Part shown: in pieces, positions 1-8,740 of the stretch
Position numbering within the stretch: the stretch's first letter is position 1
Layout of the letters: every line of letters starts with the position of its first letter
NCBI GenBank assembly: GCA_041659765.1
Contig: JBAZXR010000001.1
Coordinates: forward strand, 595,338 to 659,337
DNA length: 64,000 nucleotides
Origin: Patescibacteria group bacterium
Lineage (GTDB): Bacteria > Patescibacteriota > Patescibacteriia > UBA9934
Direction: 5' to 3'
The notes under the pieces: model-generated
What the model was told of the DNA's origin: nothing
What the model saw: only the letters and a program-made list of their open reading frames with translations
Database searches by the model: none
Translations under genes and position numbers: made by a program

Positions 1-265
1 AGAAGGCGAAGAAACCATGACTGAAGTAGTTACTGCTTCCGGCGTAAAGGTGAACATTCAGCGCTACAAGGGTCTTGGTGAAATGAACCCCGATCAGCTC
101 TGGGAAACCACCATGGATCCAGGCACGCGCAAGATGAAACTGGTTACCATTGAAGACGCTGCCCTAGCTGACGAAACATTCGACATTCTCATGGGTGCTG
201 ATGTAGCCCCACGCAAGAAATTCATCCAAACACACGCTAAAGACGTAGCCAACCTCGACGTCTAA
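1..265 (+). CDS. gyrB: DNA gyrase/topoisomerase IV subunit B, C-terminal end (5' part lies outside the window)
   Basis: Translation ...[22 protein letters not shown]...[26 protein letters not shown] is the conserved C-terminus of type IIA topoisomerase B subunits. GyrB and ParE cannot be separated on this fragment. Confidence 0.85.
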   Translation, partial: EGEETMTEVVTASGVKVNIQRYKGLGEMNPDQLWETTMDPGTRKMKLVTIEDAALADETFDILMGADVAPRKKFIQTHAKDVANLDV

Positions 266-267
266 CA

Positions 268-350
268 CCAAAACAAAACACCAGCATTGCCTAGAAATTT
301 GAGTCGGATTACCTCCTAAAAATTTCTCGACAATACTGGTGTTTTGTTTT
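268..350. repeat. Family-D palindromic intergenic element (copy D1) between convergent gyrB and the membrane ORF
   Basis: Long hairpin AAAACAAAACACCAG...CTGGTGTTTTGTTTT enclosing GAGTCGGATTACCTCCTA. A near-identical inverted copy lies at 59964-60043. Confidence 0.7.
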
Positions 351-369
351 GGAAAGGCTCTGCCTTAGG

Positions 370-825
370 TTACGGAGCTACCGGAGTGGTGCCCGGGGTC
401 TCACCGGTTGGGGCGCCAATGTTGATTGGGGCGACTTCGATGATCTTCTTGTTGATTGGATCGTAAAGAATTGCCTTTTTGGCCGTGGCATAAAGAAGAA
501 CCTTGTAACCCCTCTCAGCGCTAGCGAAGAACGCCTGGCTCTTCAACTGCTCCGGATCAGTCACCGTGGCGATAGTTGGCTCTTCGCCCTGTGGAAGGAC
601 AATCAACCTACCGACTTCTCTGATCAAATCTACGACTTCCTGCTTAGCTACTAACTGAGGATCGGCGCTCAACTTCTTAACTTTTATGACTAGATAACCG
701 TTACCAGCCAGCGAAAGGAGCAGAAAAGCTAAAAGGACCGGGGCCAGCAATCTCTCGCTTATCCCTCCAGTAACCTTCGGTGAAGTTGATTTTTCCATAG
801 AAAAGTACCGGTGAAATTCCTCCAT
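370..825 (-). CDS. hypothetical membrane-anchored protein
   Basis: 151-aa ORF with GGAGGTG upstream of the ATG. An N-terminal hydrophobic helix (LLAPVLLAFLLLSLAG) is followed by a soluble domain. No recognisable family. Confidence 0.55.
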   Translation of the reverse strand: MEEFHRYFSMEKSTSPKVTGGISERLLAPVLLAFLLLSLAGNGYLVIKVKKLSADPQLVAKQEVVDLIREVGRLIVLPQGEEPTIATVTDPEQLKSQAFFASAERGYKVLLYATAKKAILYDPINKKIIEVAPINIGAPTGETPGTTPVAP

Positions 826-957
826 ACTTTAGCACACCTCCCTACTTTACGCGCTGGTCATGTGTACCAAGAAACTATAGTGCGCCTCTGGAACAGGCCC
901 AGCGAATTGGTTGCAATGAAAGGCATACCTTCTTCCCACAGGCCTTAGCCGAACAGC

Positions 958-986
958 TTGCCAAGCTGAAAACTCTTTGCTATAGT
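958..986 (+). promoter_or_regulatory. candidate sigma70-type promoter for secE-nusG
   Basis: TTGCCA, then 17 nt, then TATAGT, about 45 nt upstream of the secE start. Confidence 0.35.
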
Positions 987-1028
987 ATAGCCAAGAACTT
1001 CCCCGTCAGGGGATTTTTAAAATCTTAT

Positions 1029-1241
1029 ATGTTTAGTCTCACTAAGAATCCAGTGACCCGCTACTTCCTGGACGTCCGGGATGAAATCAAGAAAGTAACC
1101 TGGCCCACCCAGAAACAAGCCCTCATGTATTCCGGCTTCGTGATTGGCGGCTGCCTGGTGATTGGTACGTACTTCGGACTCATTGACCACCTCTTTACCA
1201 TTGGCCTCCAAGCTTTGGTTGGCCTGGTGGCCAGCAAATAA
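1029..1241 (+). CDS. secE: preprotein translocase subunit SecE
   Basis: 70 aa with a single C-terminal TM (SGFVIGGCLVIGTYFGLID) and the conserved ...EIKKVTWPT(Q)K... motif. It sits immediately upstream of nusG, as in the conserved secE-nusG-rplKA cluster. Confidence 0.9.
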   Translation: MFSLTKNPVTRYFLDVRDEIKKVTWPTQKQALMYSGFVIGGCLVIGTYFGLIDHLFTIGLQALVGLVASK

Positions 1242-1246
1242 TTTCT

Positions 1247-1792
1247 ATGGCCAAACAAACCGCTAATTACGGCCGGCGCTGGTACGCTATCCACACTTAC
1301 TCCGGCTATGAGGAGAACGTGACAGAAAGCTTGAAACAGCGTATCGACACGATGGACATGAGTGAGAAAATTTTTAATGTCATCGTTCCGAAAGAAAAGA
1401 AAATCAAAATCAAGAACGGGGCGCGAAAAGTCATTGAAGAGAAAATCTTCCCTGGCTACGTGCTTGTTGAAATGATCGTGACGGATGACTCTTGGTACGT
1501 TGTTCGCAATACGCCAAACGTCACCGGTTTCATTGGCACCGGCAACACCCCGACACCAATCGCCCAGGAGGAAGTAGACGCGCTTATGAAACGCGTCGGT
1601 GTCTCAGAACCTGAATTCAAGATTGACGTATCTAAGGGCGACACAGTTGCCATTACGGACGGCCCCTTCAAAGCCCAGCAAGGCAAGGTGGAAGAAGTGG
1701 ACGAAGCCCGTGGCAAGATCAAAGTCATGGTCTCTATGTTCGGCCGCGAGACTCCTCTCGAGCTCGATTTCCTCCAAGTCAAAAAGGTCTAG
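1247..1792 (+). CDS. nusG: transcription termination/antitermination factor NusG
   Basis: N-terminal NGN (WYAIHTYSGYEENV) and C-terminal KOW (KGDTVAITDGPFKAQQGKVEEVD...KIKVMVSMFGRETP). Confidence 0.95.
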   Translation: MAKQTANYGRRWYAIHTYSGYEENVTESLKQRIDTMDMSEKIFNVIVPKEKKIKIKNGARKVIEEKIFPGYVLVEMIVTDDSWYVVRNTPNVTGFIGTGNTPTPIAQEEVDALMKRVGVSEPEFKIDVSKGDTVAITDGPFKAQQGKVEEVDEARGKIKVMVSMFGRETPLELDFLQVKKV

Positions 1793-1799
1793 AACCAAA

Positions 1800-1822
1800 G
1801 CGAGCCACCCGGCTCGTTTTGT
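1800..1822 (+). terminator. hairpin plus T-tract after nusG
   Basis: GAGCC-ACCC-GGCTC followed by GTTTTGTATT. Confidence 0.45.
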
Positions 1823-1845
1823 ATTACCGAGTATAATGAGGACAT

Positions 1846-2253
1846 ATGCACAAAGGCTCATCATGGATTCTGCGTCTGTACTTTGCAGTAATCGCTGCGA
1901 TCACGCTCATCACACTTATGTTCGGGGCGATTGACCTCCTGGCCACGGGGCTCAAGACGTACGTCATCACGGCCGCGGACGCACCAGACTACATGGAAAC
2001 ATGTGACGGCTCTATCCTGGCTAGCCGCAACCCGGCACCTGTACCCACGCCAAAAGACTATCCGATAGTCACCACGGAACAGCTAACGAAAGAATGTGAA
2101 GCTCGCAATAAAGAAAACATCGCCAGCTACAACCGCATGAAGGCCAGCAACGCCGTCAGAAACCTGGCCCTCATCATCATTGCCGCCCCGCTCTTTGGAC
2201 TGCACTTCCGGTTCGTATATAAGGACTGGATTGAAGAACATAAAGGTAAGTAA
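1846..2253 (+). CDS. hypothetical membrane protein inserted between nusG and rplK
   Basis: 135 aa with hydrophobic helices at both ends (LYFAVIAAITLITLMFGAIDLL and LALIIIAAPLFGL). No family recognised. Confidence 0.5.
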   Translation: MHKGSSWILRLYFAVIAAITLITLMFGAIDLLATGLKTYVITAADAPDYMETCDGSILASRNPAPVPTPKDYPIVTTEQLTKECEARNKENIASYNRMKASNAVRNLALIIIAAPLFGLHFRFVYKDWIEEHKGK

Positions 2254-2260
2254 AAAAATC

Positions 2261-2287
2261 GAGCCACGCCCCTATGGGGCGTGGCTC
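2261..2287 (+). terminator. perfect 12-bp GC-rich hairpin (terminator/attenuator) upstream of rplK
   Basis: GAGCCACGCCCC-TAT-GGGGCGTGGCTC, preceded by an A-run and followed by a T-rich stretch. Confidence 0.5.
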
Positions 2288-2393
2288 TTGAGTATATTTG
2301 ACATTTTTCGCAAATAACCGCACTATTCCGCTCGTAATTCACGAGGTAGTCGCTCGGGTAAATTCCCGGGAATCTACTATAAAAACACTCGTT

Positions 2394-2819
2394 ATGGCCA
2401 AGAAGATCAAGGCTATTATCAAGGTTCAGGCAATTGGTGGTGCAGCTACTCCGGCCCCGCCGCTTGGTCCAGTGCTCGGTCAGCAGGGTATTAACATCCA
2501 GGCTTTCGTCCAGGAATTCAATGCGAAGACCCAGGACCGCCGTGGAGAAACTGTGCCAGCCCTCATCACTATTTATGATGATCGCTCGTTCTCCTTCATC
2601 CTGAAGACCGCTCCGGCTTCAGACATGATCAAGAAGATTCTGAACCTCAAGGCAGGTTCTGGAAAGCCATTGACCGAGAAAGTCGGCAAGCTAACTAAGG
2701 CTCAGCTCCGCGATATCGCTGAGCGCAAGATGCCAGACTTGAACACCAAGGATGTAGACGCGGCCATGAAGATCATCGCTGGGACTGCACGTCAGATGGG
2801 AGTGGATGTAGAGGCGTAA
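2394..2819 (+). CDS. rplK: 50S ribosomal protein L11
   Basis: MAKKIKAIIKVQAIGGAATPAPPLGPVLGQQGINIQAFVQEFNAKT... is the canonical L11 N-terminus. The start was chosen at the internal MAKK, not the longer ORF start at 2298. Confidence 0.95.
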   Translation: MAKKIKAIIKVQAIGGAATPAPPLGPVLGQQGINIQAFVQEFNAKTQDRRGETVPALITIYDDRSFSFILKTAPASDMIKKILNLKAGSGKPLTEKVGKLTKAQLRDIAERKMPDLNTKDVDAAMKIIAGTARQMGVDVEA

Positions 2820-2888
2820 GTGATAAAGTTATAAAGTTGTAAAGTAATAAAGTGGGAGCCCAAAAGGCATTAAAACCACACCAAACAT

Positions 2889-3572
2889 ATGCACGGTAAA
2901 CGATTCACAGAATTGAAAACGACGGTTGAAAAGAAACTCTACAACGTAAAGGACGCCGTTGATCTCGTCAAAAAGGACGCGACCGCCAAGTTCGATGAAA
3001 CTGTTGAGTTGCACTTCAACCTCGGGATTGATCCAAAGATGGGCGACCAGCTCATCCGCGGTACCATCACCCTCCCTCACGGGACGGGTAAGAGCAAGAA
3101 AGTTGTTGCATTCGTTGACGCTGGCAACGAAGCAGCTGCCAAGGCTGCTGGTGCCGACATCATTGGTAACGAAGAGTACCTCGAGAACCTGGTAAAGACC
3201 GGCAAGATCGACTTCGACGTCGCCGTTGCTGTGCCAAGCATGATGCCTAAGCTGGCCAAGGCCGCTAAGATCCTCGGACCTCGCGGACTCATGCCTAACC
3301 CAAAGACGGACACTGTTGGACCAAACATCACCAAGATGGTGGAAGAACAGAAGGCTGGTAAGCTGTCTTTCAAGAATGACAACACCGCTAACGTCCACAT
3401 GATTGTGGGCAAGGCGTCATTCCCGGCCGAGAAGCTGGTCAGCAACGTGAACGCGGCTATGGACGCCATCAGCCGCGCCAAGCCACAGAGTGCCAAAGGT
3501 ATCTACATGAAGTCTGTCACCATGACTTCTACAATGGGACCCGCTGTGCGTTTGGAAGTTATCGCCTTATAA
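2889..3572 (+). CDS. rplA: 50S ribosomal protein L1
   Basis: 227 aa with GKRFTELKTTVEKKLYNVKDAVDLVKK...GIDPKMGDQLIRGTITLPHGTGK, typical of L1. Confidence 0.95.
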   Translation: MHGKRFTELKTTVEKKLYNVKDAVDLVKKDATAKFDETVELHFNLGIDPKMGDQLIRGTITLPHGTGKSKKVVAFVDAGNEAAAKAAGADIIGNEEYLENLVKTGKIDFDVAVAVPSMMPKLAKAAKILGPRGLMPNPKTDTVGPNITKMVEEQKAGKLSFKNDNTANVHMIVGKASFPAEKLVSNVNAAMDAISRAKPQSAKGIYMKSVTMTSTMGPAVRLEVIAL

Positions 3573-3579
3573 GAGAGAG

Positions 3580-3610
3580 GCACCGAGATTCCCTCGGTGC
3601 TTTTCTTTTT
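3580..3610 (+). terminator. rho-independent terminator after rplA
   Basis: GCACCGAG-ATTCCC-CTCGGTGC followed by TTTTCTTTTT. Confidence 0.75.
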
Positions 3611-3624
3611 GCGCGCCTGTATAC

Positions 3625-4626
3625 TTGGGCCATATGGCTGAAGGGAGTCGAGGCGAACCGCGCGTCCAGGAAAAATCTTGGCTTGAGCGGCAACGTGAGA
3701 AAACGCGTCTGGCAGCAGTTGCCGGCGCGCTTGCGGTTGGCACGGTCGGCGACGAACCGATACCGGTTCACCATCGAAAGATTGAGGTGATCGTGGAAGA
3801 ACCTGAGCTGAACCCGGTGTTTGATCGTCCGGAATTTTTTGAGCGCGGCCGGGGGCGTCTCACAAAAGAAGAACAACCAGACAGAATCAAAGAGCTGCCA
3901 AATGGCGAGGTCGTGTTTAAGGATACGGGCCTCACATTTTACAAAGTAGAACCCGGCGACACGATTTCCGAAATTCGCGAGCGGCTTTCGCGGTATCCGG
4001 AATACTCGCATCTCAAGAGTCAGAAAGTGAAACTCGAATCATTTAACATTCCACCGCTTGAACTGAAGGCTGGCATGTGGCTCCCAATTCCCATGGAGAA
4101 CGCTGATCGGTTGCTCACGGACGAGGAATTTGAACGCTACGCCAAACTTGCCGTAAAGGACATGAGCGAGAACGAAGGACCGTATCACAAGTCTGTCGAA
4201 AAGATTCTCCGTAAAATTTCACCAGATGAACTTGTGGCATCTCTTGAGGCAGTAGCGAAACAAGAATCCGGAGGAAAACCCATTGGCCAGTTTGAATTTC
4301 ACCGGTACGAACCATCACACGACACGTTCTCCTATTCCCTCTTTCACGTCCTTATGGAAGGACCGGGACTTGAGGCTCGACGAAACCTCGATCTCACCGA
4401 GGGACAAACCTATCATCCGCAAAATGCCGTGGAGCTTATGGTGGGGTTCCTAGTAGAAAAGGGCGAGGAAATAGACGTGAACCCCGCGTCACTATTCCCG
4501 CTTGATAAAGGCAATCATGCGGAAAAATTTGCACGGTTCTATAACGGCGCGGGATGGAAACGCACAAATCCGGACTACACAAAAGATCTCCTGGGGTATT
4601 ACAAAGAAGCACTGGAGAATCTATGA
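3625..4626 (+). CDS. LysM domain-containing membrane-anchored protein
   Basis: LysM signature YKVEPGDTISEIRERL...LKAGMWLPIP. An N-terminal hydrophobic anchor (LAAVAGALAVGTVG) is present. TTG/ATG start ambiguous (3625 or 3634). Ends with a TGA stop. Confidence 0.7.
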   Translation: MGHMAEGSRGEPRVQEKSWLERQREKTRLAAVAGALAVGTVGDEPIPVHHRKIEVIVEEPELNPVFDRPEFFERGRGRLTKEEQPDRIKELPNGEVVFKDTGLTFYKVEPGDTISEIRERLSRYPEYSHLKSQKVKLESFNIPPLELKAGMWLPIPMENADRLLTDEEFERYAKLAVKDMSENEGPYHKSVEKILRKISPDELVASLEAVAKQESGGKPIGQFEFHRYEPSHDTFSYSLFHVLMEGPGLEARRNLDLTEGQTYHPQNAVELMVGFLVEKGEEIDVNPASLFPLDKGNHAEKFARFYNGAGWKRTNPDYTKDLLGYYKEALENL

Positions 4627-5190
4627 TCCGCAGTTTTCTTTCTGGTTCTCCGCTTTTTTGATGGCATTAACGGTTACTGCTTTGTTAAGCTTATCCTGGA
4701 CATCGCCGAGCTCGTACCCAATGATGAGCACCACGCTGTCATATGCAGCAATGGGATACTCGCGAATGTCGTTGATCTTCTTCCCGTTTACATAACCGTA
4801 GATTCCCTTCTCACTTAAATTCTCCGGCGCAAACTGCTGGTGGGTCTGCAAGTATTCAACCAGATTCTTCCAGGTCGTGCCCGCGCGGTGCACGTGAACT
4901 ACATCACCGACTCCATTATGGAGATCCAGAGTTTCGTCCTTTTCGTCATCCGTTTTGTTTGAACCAACATCGCATGGCGCCAATTCCATGTATTCCATGG
5001 CTGAAAAGTCCTGCAACACGTCGTCCACATAAATCTGGAAGCCGGCGTGATAATGGACAGATTCTACCTCTGGAGCAACGACTGCGGTTGGCCGAAAAAC
5101 AAAAGCCAAGACCCCGGCAAGCAAAAAAAATACCCCAAGTCCAAAAACTGGCCTCAGCCGACGATCAATCATAGAAAAGTTTTCATACAC
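4621..5190 (-). CDS. hypothetical protein with N-terminal TM helix
   Basis: 189-aa ORF whose stop overlaps the LysM gene stop (convergent). Hydrophobic segment FGLGVFFLLAGVLAFVF. No family recognised. Confidence 0.5.
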   Translation of the reverse strand: MYENFSMIDRRLRPVFGLGVFFLLAGVLAFVFRPTAVVAPEVESVHYHAGFQIYVDDVLQDFSAMEYMELAPCDVGSNKTDDEKDETLDLHNGVGDVVHVHRAGTTWKNLVEYLQTHQQFAPENLSEKGIYGYVNGKKINDIREYPIAAYDSVVLIIGYELGDVQDKLNKAVTVNAIKKAENQKENCGS

Positions 5191-5236
5191 ATCCTACTCT
5201 TTCCGCGCATATCTGCAATTGCTAAGGTGTGGACGT

Positions 5237-5788
5237 ATGCATATCCCCCAGCGCTATATCACGGACACCGCGGAGCTCAAGAAGATAGTGGAAAGCATGA
5301 AAACGCTGGGCATGAAGATTGTCCTGACTCAAGGCGTTTATGACCTAATCCATGAAGGTCATGCCCTTTATTTAGAGAAGGCCAAGGCACTGGGCGATGT
5401 TCTCATAGTCGCTGTCGACTCCGATGAACTGACAAAGATCCGAAAAGGTCCTAAGCGTCCGATTGTCCCCCAAAATGAGCGTGTGAACATGTTGTTGCAC
5501 TTGAGGCACGTCGATATCGTGACCATCAAAGAAGCTCATCAAGGGCTGGGCGACGTCATTCAAGCTGTGCGACCTGATGTCATGGTGTTTTCGGGATCGA
5601 CCAAGGATATTACGCCGGAACATGTAGCTGAGTACAAAGACTGTTGCGGTGAAATTGTCGTCCTCCCCCCACAGGCGACTACGACTACTACGGCTCGCGT
5701 TCGCAATTTAACGATCGAGGGCGCCGAAAAACTCGCCAAAGAAGTAAACGAACTCATCGCCAAGTTTCTACAACAGATCGGCGAGTAA
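5237..5788 (+). CDS. cytidylyltransferase-like nucleotidyltransferase (RfaE domain II / HldE-C-like)
   Basis: GVYDLIHEGHALYLEKAKALGDVLIVAVDSDE matches the (T/H)xGH nucleotidyltransferase motif of RfaE-II, TagD and RibL. AAGGTG RBS before the ATG at 5237. The longer TTG-start ORF begins at 5219. Confidence 0.7.
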   Translation: MHIPQRYITDTAELKKIVESMKTLGMKIVLTQGVYDLIHEGHALYLEKAKALGDVLIVAVDSDELTKIRKGPKRPIVPQNERVNMLLHLRHVDIVTIKEAHQGLGDVIQAVRPDVMVFSGSTKDITPEHVAEYKDCCGEIVVLPPQATTTTTARVRNLTIEGAEKLAKEVNELIAKFLQQIGE

Positions 5789-5859
5789 TCATCGGCCGCA
5801 AACCTGTTGCCCCAAAATTTGGAGTCGGCAACGAATAAGTACGCCTCCTAACAAATTTT

Positions 5860-6699
5860 GTGACAACAAGTTTTCGTCCTCCCTGTATGCTTATTGCATT
5901 CGTGCCGGTGCTGCATAAGGGCTATGTTGAGCTCTTCAGAAAGTATCCGGGGCAGCTCGGCCTTCTTGGAGCAGATGTTATCTCAGATTTCACCTCGCTC
6001 ATCAGGGACCTTCGAGTGATCGACCCGGCGGAGATGCGAAAGGCTGTTTTCTCTTTAGAATTGTTTGACGAGGTGTTTGTGATGAATAAGCTCGCTCTCG
6101 AAGCGCTCGACGGCCAGTCCCTCATCATGCCGGAAGACGACATTTCACACGCGATCCACGCCCAATATTTCCCGAACGCTGAAGTGATCTTTGAGCCGAT
6201 CTTTTTACGCTGGGACCGGCAGATCTCGACTGCTGAGCATATTGTCGACCCTCAGCGAGTGATCTCGCACGAAGAACTCCACAAACACCTCATCAACTTA
6301 GCGAGCATAGAATCTGCCAAAAGTGCTGACTGGTGGCGGCAGATTGGGGCGCTAATCGTGAAGGACGGCATTATCGTGGCCCAAGCGCACAACCATCATC
6401 TCCCCACAGACTTTCACCTGAGCGCGCATGGTGACCCCAGGAGCAACTTTGACGCCGGTACGAACCTAGACATCTACACGTCTATTCACGGCGAAGCAAG
6501 CGCTATTGCTCAAGCCGCACGAGACGGCATCGGTCTCAAGGGTTCCTCGCTGTACTCAACCGTCTTCCCCTGCCCCAACTGCGCCCGAATCATCTGCGAA
6601 GCGGGAATATCGAAGGTGTATTACGAGAAAGGCTACTCACGCGTAGATGCGGAACAAATTTTTAAGGCGTTTAACGTTGAGATAATTCTCGTCGCCTAA
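5860..6699 (+). CDS. dCMP/cytidine deaminase-family protein with ~140-aa N-terminal extension of unknown function
   Basis: C-terminal half has the zinc-deaminase motifs HGEASAIAQAA and LYSTVFPCPNCARIICEAGISKVYY (the H(A/G)E ... PCxxC pattern). The N-terminal 140 aa have no recognisable family. Confidence 0.7.
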   Translation: MTTSFRPPCMLIAFVPVLHKGYVELFRKYPGQLGLLGADVISDFTSLIRDLRVIDPAEMRKAVFSLELFDEVFVMNKLALEALDGQSLIMPEDDISHAIHAQYFPNAEVIFEPIFLRWDRQISTAEHIVDPQRVISHEELHKHLINLASIESAKSADWWRQIGALIVKDGIIVAQAHNHHLPTDFHLSAHGDPRSNFDAGTNLDIYTSIHGEASAIAQAARDGIGLKGSSLYSTVFPCPNCARIICEAGISKVYYEKGYSRVDAEQIFKAFNVEIILVA

Positions 6700-7136
6700 C
6701 CAATCCGACACAGGACGCCTTTCGACGAATCGTATTCAGGACTATCAGGATCGCCTTGGACGACTTGTGCGTGAAGATGGGTAACCGAAGCTCCTGTGTA
6801 TTTGGTGTCGCCAAAACGCATCATGAGGGCTCCCCCGGCCATATTCCTTGTTTTCGAGAGCTCGACGACGATGTCCTGAAGTTCGCTCCAGGCTTCCTTA
6901 GACAACTCCGAAACCGTCTCGATGTGCGTCTTGTGCACGAGTAGCAAATGCTGCTTCACCGGCTTATACGGATAGGCGTTGTCCGTCACTAACCAGTACG
7001 TCTTTTCGACGATCGGATTCGGGTGAATTCTGTGAATGTGTTCGGGACAAAAAGGACAGATTTTCTCTTTGGCGATGTCGTCGATAACTTTGGCGTAACC
7101 GCCGCGTTGGGAGTTGAAAGGGTTAACGTAGTTCAT
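6696..7136 (-). CDS. HIT-superfamily protein, GalT/Ap4A-phosphorylase-like branch (HxHxQ)
   Basis: CPFCPE zinc-knuckle-like motif near the N-terminus and THLHAQVV (H-x-H-x-Q) as in the galactose-1-phosphate uridylyltransferase half-barrel. Confidence 0.55.
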   Translation of the reverse strand: MNYVNPFNSQRGGYAKVIDDIAKEKICPFCPEHIHRIHPNPIVEKTYWLVTDNAYPYKPVKQHLLLVHKTHIETVSELSKEAWSELQDIVVELSKTRNMAGGALMMRFGDTKYTGASVTHLHAQVVQGDPDSPEYDSSKGVLCRIG

Positions 7137-7142
7137 AGTTTC

Positions 7143-7216
7143 TCCACTCTGAGTCTTGCGAAGAGTCCGACCCTCAGAGGAGAGAGTCGGATCCTTCGCT
7201 CTCGCTCAGGATGGGA
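7143..7216. repeat. Family-B palindromic intergenic element (copy B1)
   Basis: CTCTGAGTCTTGCGAAGAGTCCGACCCTCAGAGG...AGTCGGATCCTTCGCTCTCGCTCAGGATGGGA. About 95% identical to the copy at 48789-48864. Internally self-complementary. Confidence 0.8.
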
Positions 7217-8107
7217 TCAGACAGGCGTGGGGATCAACATCGCAGGATGCGCTTGATATTCAGTGACGACGAAGTGTTCGGGACGGAAGGCAAAGATGTC
7301 GGTGATAGACGGATCGATGGTCATGGTTGGGAACGGCTTTGGTTCGCGAGCGAGGAGTTCCTTCACCTTCTCGTACTGACTTTCGTAGATGTGTGCGTCG
7401 CTGATGGTGTAGACGAGTTCCTTGGGGGTATAGCCCGTTACCTGGCCGATCATCATGAGGAAAGCGGCGTACTGGATGAAGTTAAAAACGACGCCGACAG
7501 GGATATCGCCCGAGCGTTGAAAATGGTGCACGGAAATTTCCTTCGTTTCCGGATACACAAGAATGTGCAGGTAGCCGTGGCATGGGGCGACGACAACCTT
7601 GCGCGGAGGCAAACTCGAGTTCTGAATGCAGTACTGCGGAATCCAGGGAGAAATGATGTGCGTGCGTAGGTTTGGCTTGTCTTTAATCTGCTGGACGACT
7701 TCTTTAATTTGATTGAACGGTGCTCCTTCGGCGGTCGGAAACGCAGTCCATGCTGGTCCGTAAGAACCGGGACCAAGGTCGCCTTCGGGGAGCCCGAAAA
7801 TATCGCAGCGTTCTTTTGTGACCCACTTCTTCCACCAGGCGCAGCCCCATTCGGTCAGCTCCGCCTGCGTTCTGGCGCCGTGCAGAAAGGCGATGTGTTC
7901 GGCCAAGGCGCCGATCATGAACTTCCCCGATAGATCGCGCTCGGTAATCATGGGGAAACCATTTTCAAAGAGAAAACGCATCTGGTGGCCAAGCACCATT
8001 TTGGACTTCTCGCCTTGAATCGGTGAAACTTCGACGCCCTCGCGCATAATGCGTTCAAGCAAATCATGATACTGATGATCCGGCGTGCGTTCGGCGTAAG
8101 GTTTCAT
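7217..8107 (-). CDS. thyA: thymidylate synthase (ThyA family)
   Basis: GHQMRF, GDLGPGSYGPAW, APCH, FQRSGDIPVGVVFNFIQYAAFLMMIGQ (active-site Asn retained), DAHIYESQ, REPKPFP. Confidence 0.9.
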   Translation of the reverse strand: MKPYAERTPDHQYHDLLERIMREGVEVSPIQGEKSKMVLGHQMRFLFENGFPMITERDLSGKFMIGALAEHIAFLHGARTQAELTEWGCAWWKKWVTKERCDIFGLPEGDLGPGSYGPAWTAFPTAEGAPFNQIKEVVQQIKDKPNLRTHIISPWIPQYCIQNSSLPPRKVVVAPCHGYLHILVYPETKEISVHHFQRSGDIPVGVVFNFIQYAAFLMMIGQVTGYTPKELVYTISDAHIYESQYEKVKELLAREPKPFPTMTIDPSITDIFAFRPEHFVVTEYQAHPAMLIPTPV

Positions 8108-8208
8108 ACGGAGTGATGTTATAGGTAATCAGAAATTTAGGAAACCTATAAACGGGGATAATTAAAGAGCCCGACGCATCTGCGCCGGGCCCACGATGAT
8201 CCTCACTT

Positions 8209-8688
8209 CTAGCCGATCGGGAAGTTCACAGGTACCGCACGAGTGACCCCGGGATCTTCGTAGAACTTCTGGCGAGGACGGAAGAAGTGCATGTGACGAT
8301 GAACGATGGTGCGGCCGGAGATGGCCGGATCGCCGAACCGCCATCCGACTCCTCCGCCCTGCCAGCCCAGCTCTTTCGTTACGAAGTCGTACGCTTCGCC
8401 GAGGGCAAGCCAGTCGGACAGGCACATCTCCTCGCCGTGGTGAAGCGGGTAGAAGAGCAGGTGGTCGTCCACCTCCTGTCCCTCCGTGTCCCGACGCTTA
8501 GGACGGCACTCGCACAAAACCCAGTCGTGAGCCTCCCAAACGATCCGCTGATCGTTCGGGAAGCCCGGCGCACAGAAGATGCATTCGCCGGTGCGAGCTG
8601 ATTCGAGCAACTGTTCGTAATACGCGGGACTGCGCTTGGCGTAATCCACATTGGCAACCGGAGACTTCATCCAATCAGGAACCTTAGA
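8209..8688 (-). CDS. HIT family protein (classic HxHxHxx)
   Basis: Start chosen at MSKVPDW, which has a GGAGGT RBS. CIFCAPGFP plus histidine triad IVHRHMHFF. The longer 240-aa ORF would overlap folA and is discounted. Confidence 0.6.
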   Translation of the reverse strand, partial: SKVPDWMKSPVANVDYAKRSPAYYEQLLESARTGECIFCAPGFPNDQRIVWEAHDWVLCECRPKRRDTEGQEVDDHLLFYPLHHGEEMCLSDWLALGEAYDFVTKELGWQGGGVGWRFGDPAISGRTIVHRHMHFFRPRQKFYEDPGVTRAVPVNFPIG

Positions 8689-8740
8689 CATTTGACCTCC
8701 TTGATCTCGCGGCGAAAAGGTACCATACTCTTCCCAATCT

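Noticed and set aside
268-350. Fragment of 16S rRNA 3' end (GGATTACCTCCTA)
   Set aside because: Only ~13 nt resemble the rRNA terminus. It lies inside an 80-nt palindrome repeated elsewhere (59964-60043), with no flanking rRNA sequence.
2829-3496. Antisense ORFs overlapping rplA (2829-3398, 3077-3496) and similar shadow ORFs elsewhere
   Set aside because: Other examples: 10684-11313, 17059-17751, 22807-23319, 24021-24605, 25686-26276, 28171-29263, 33711-34277, 42913-43469, 60433-61762. Each lies opposite a strongly supported conserved gene. They lack RBS and homology and are typical frame shadows.
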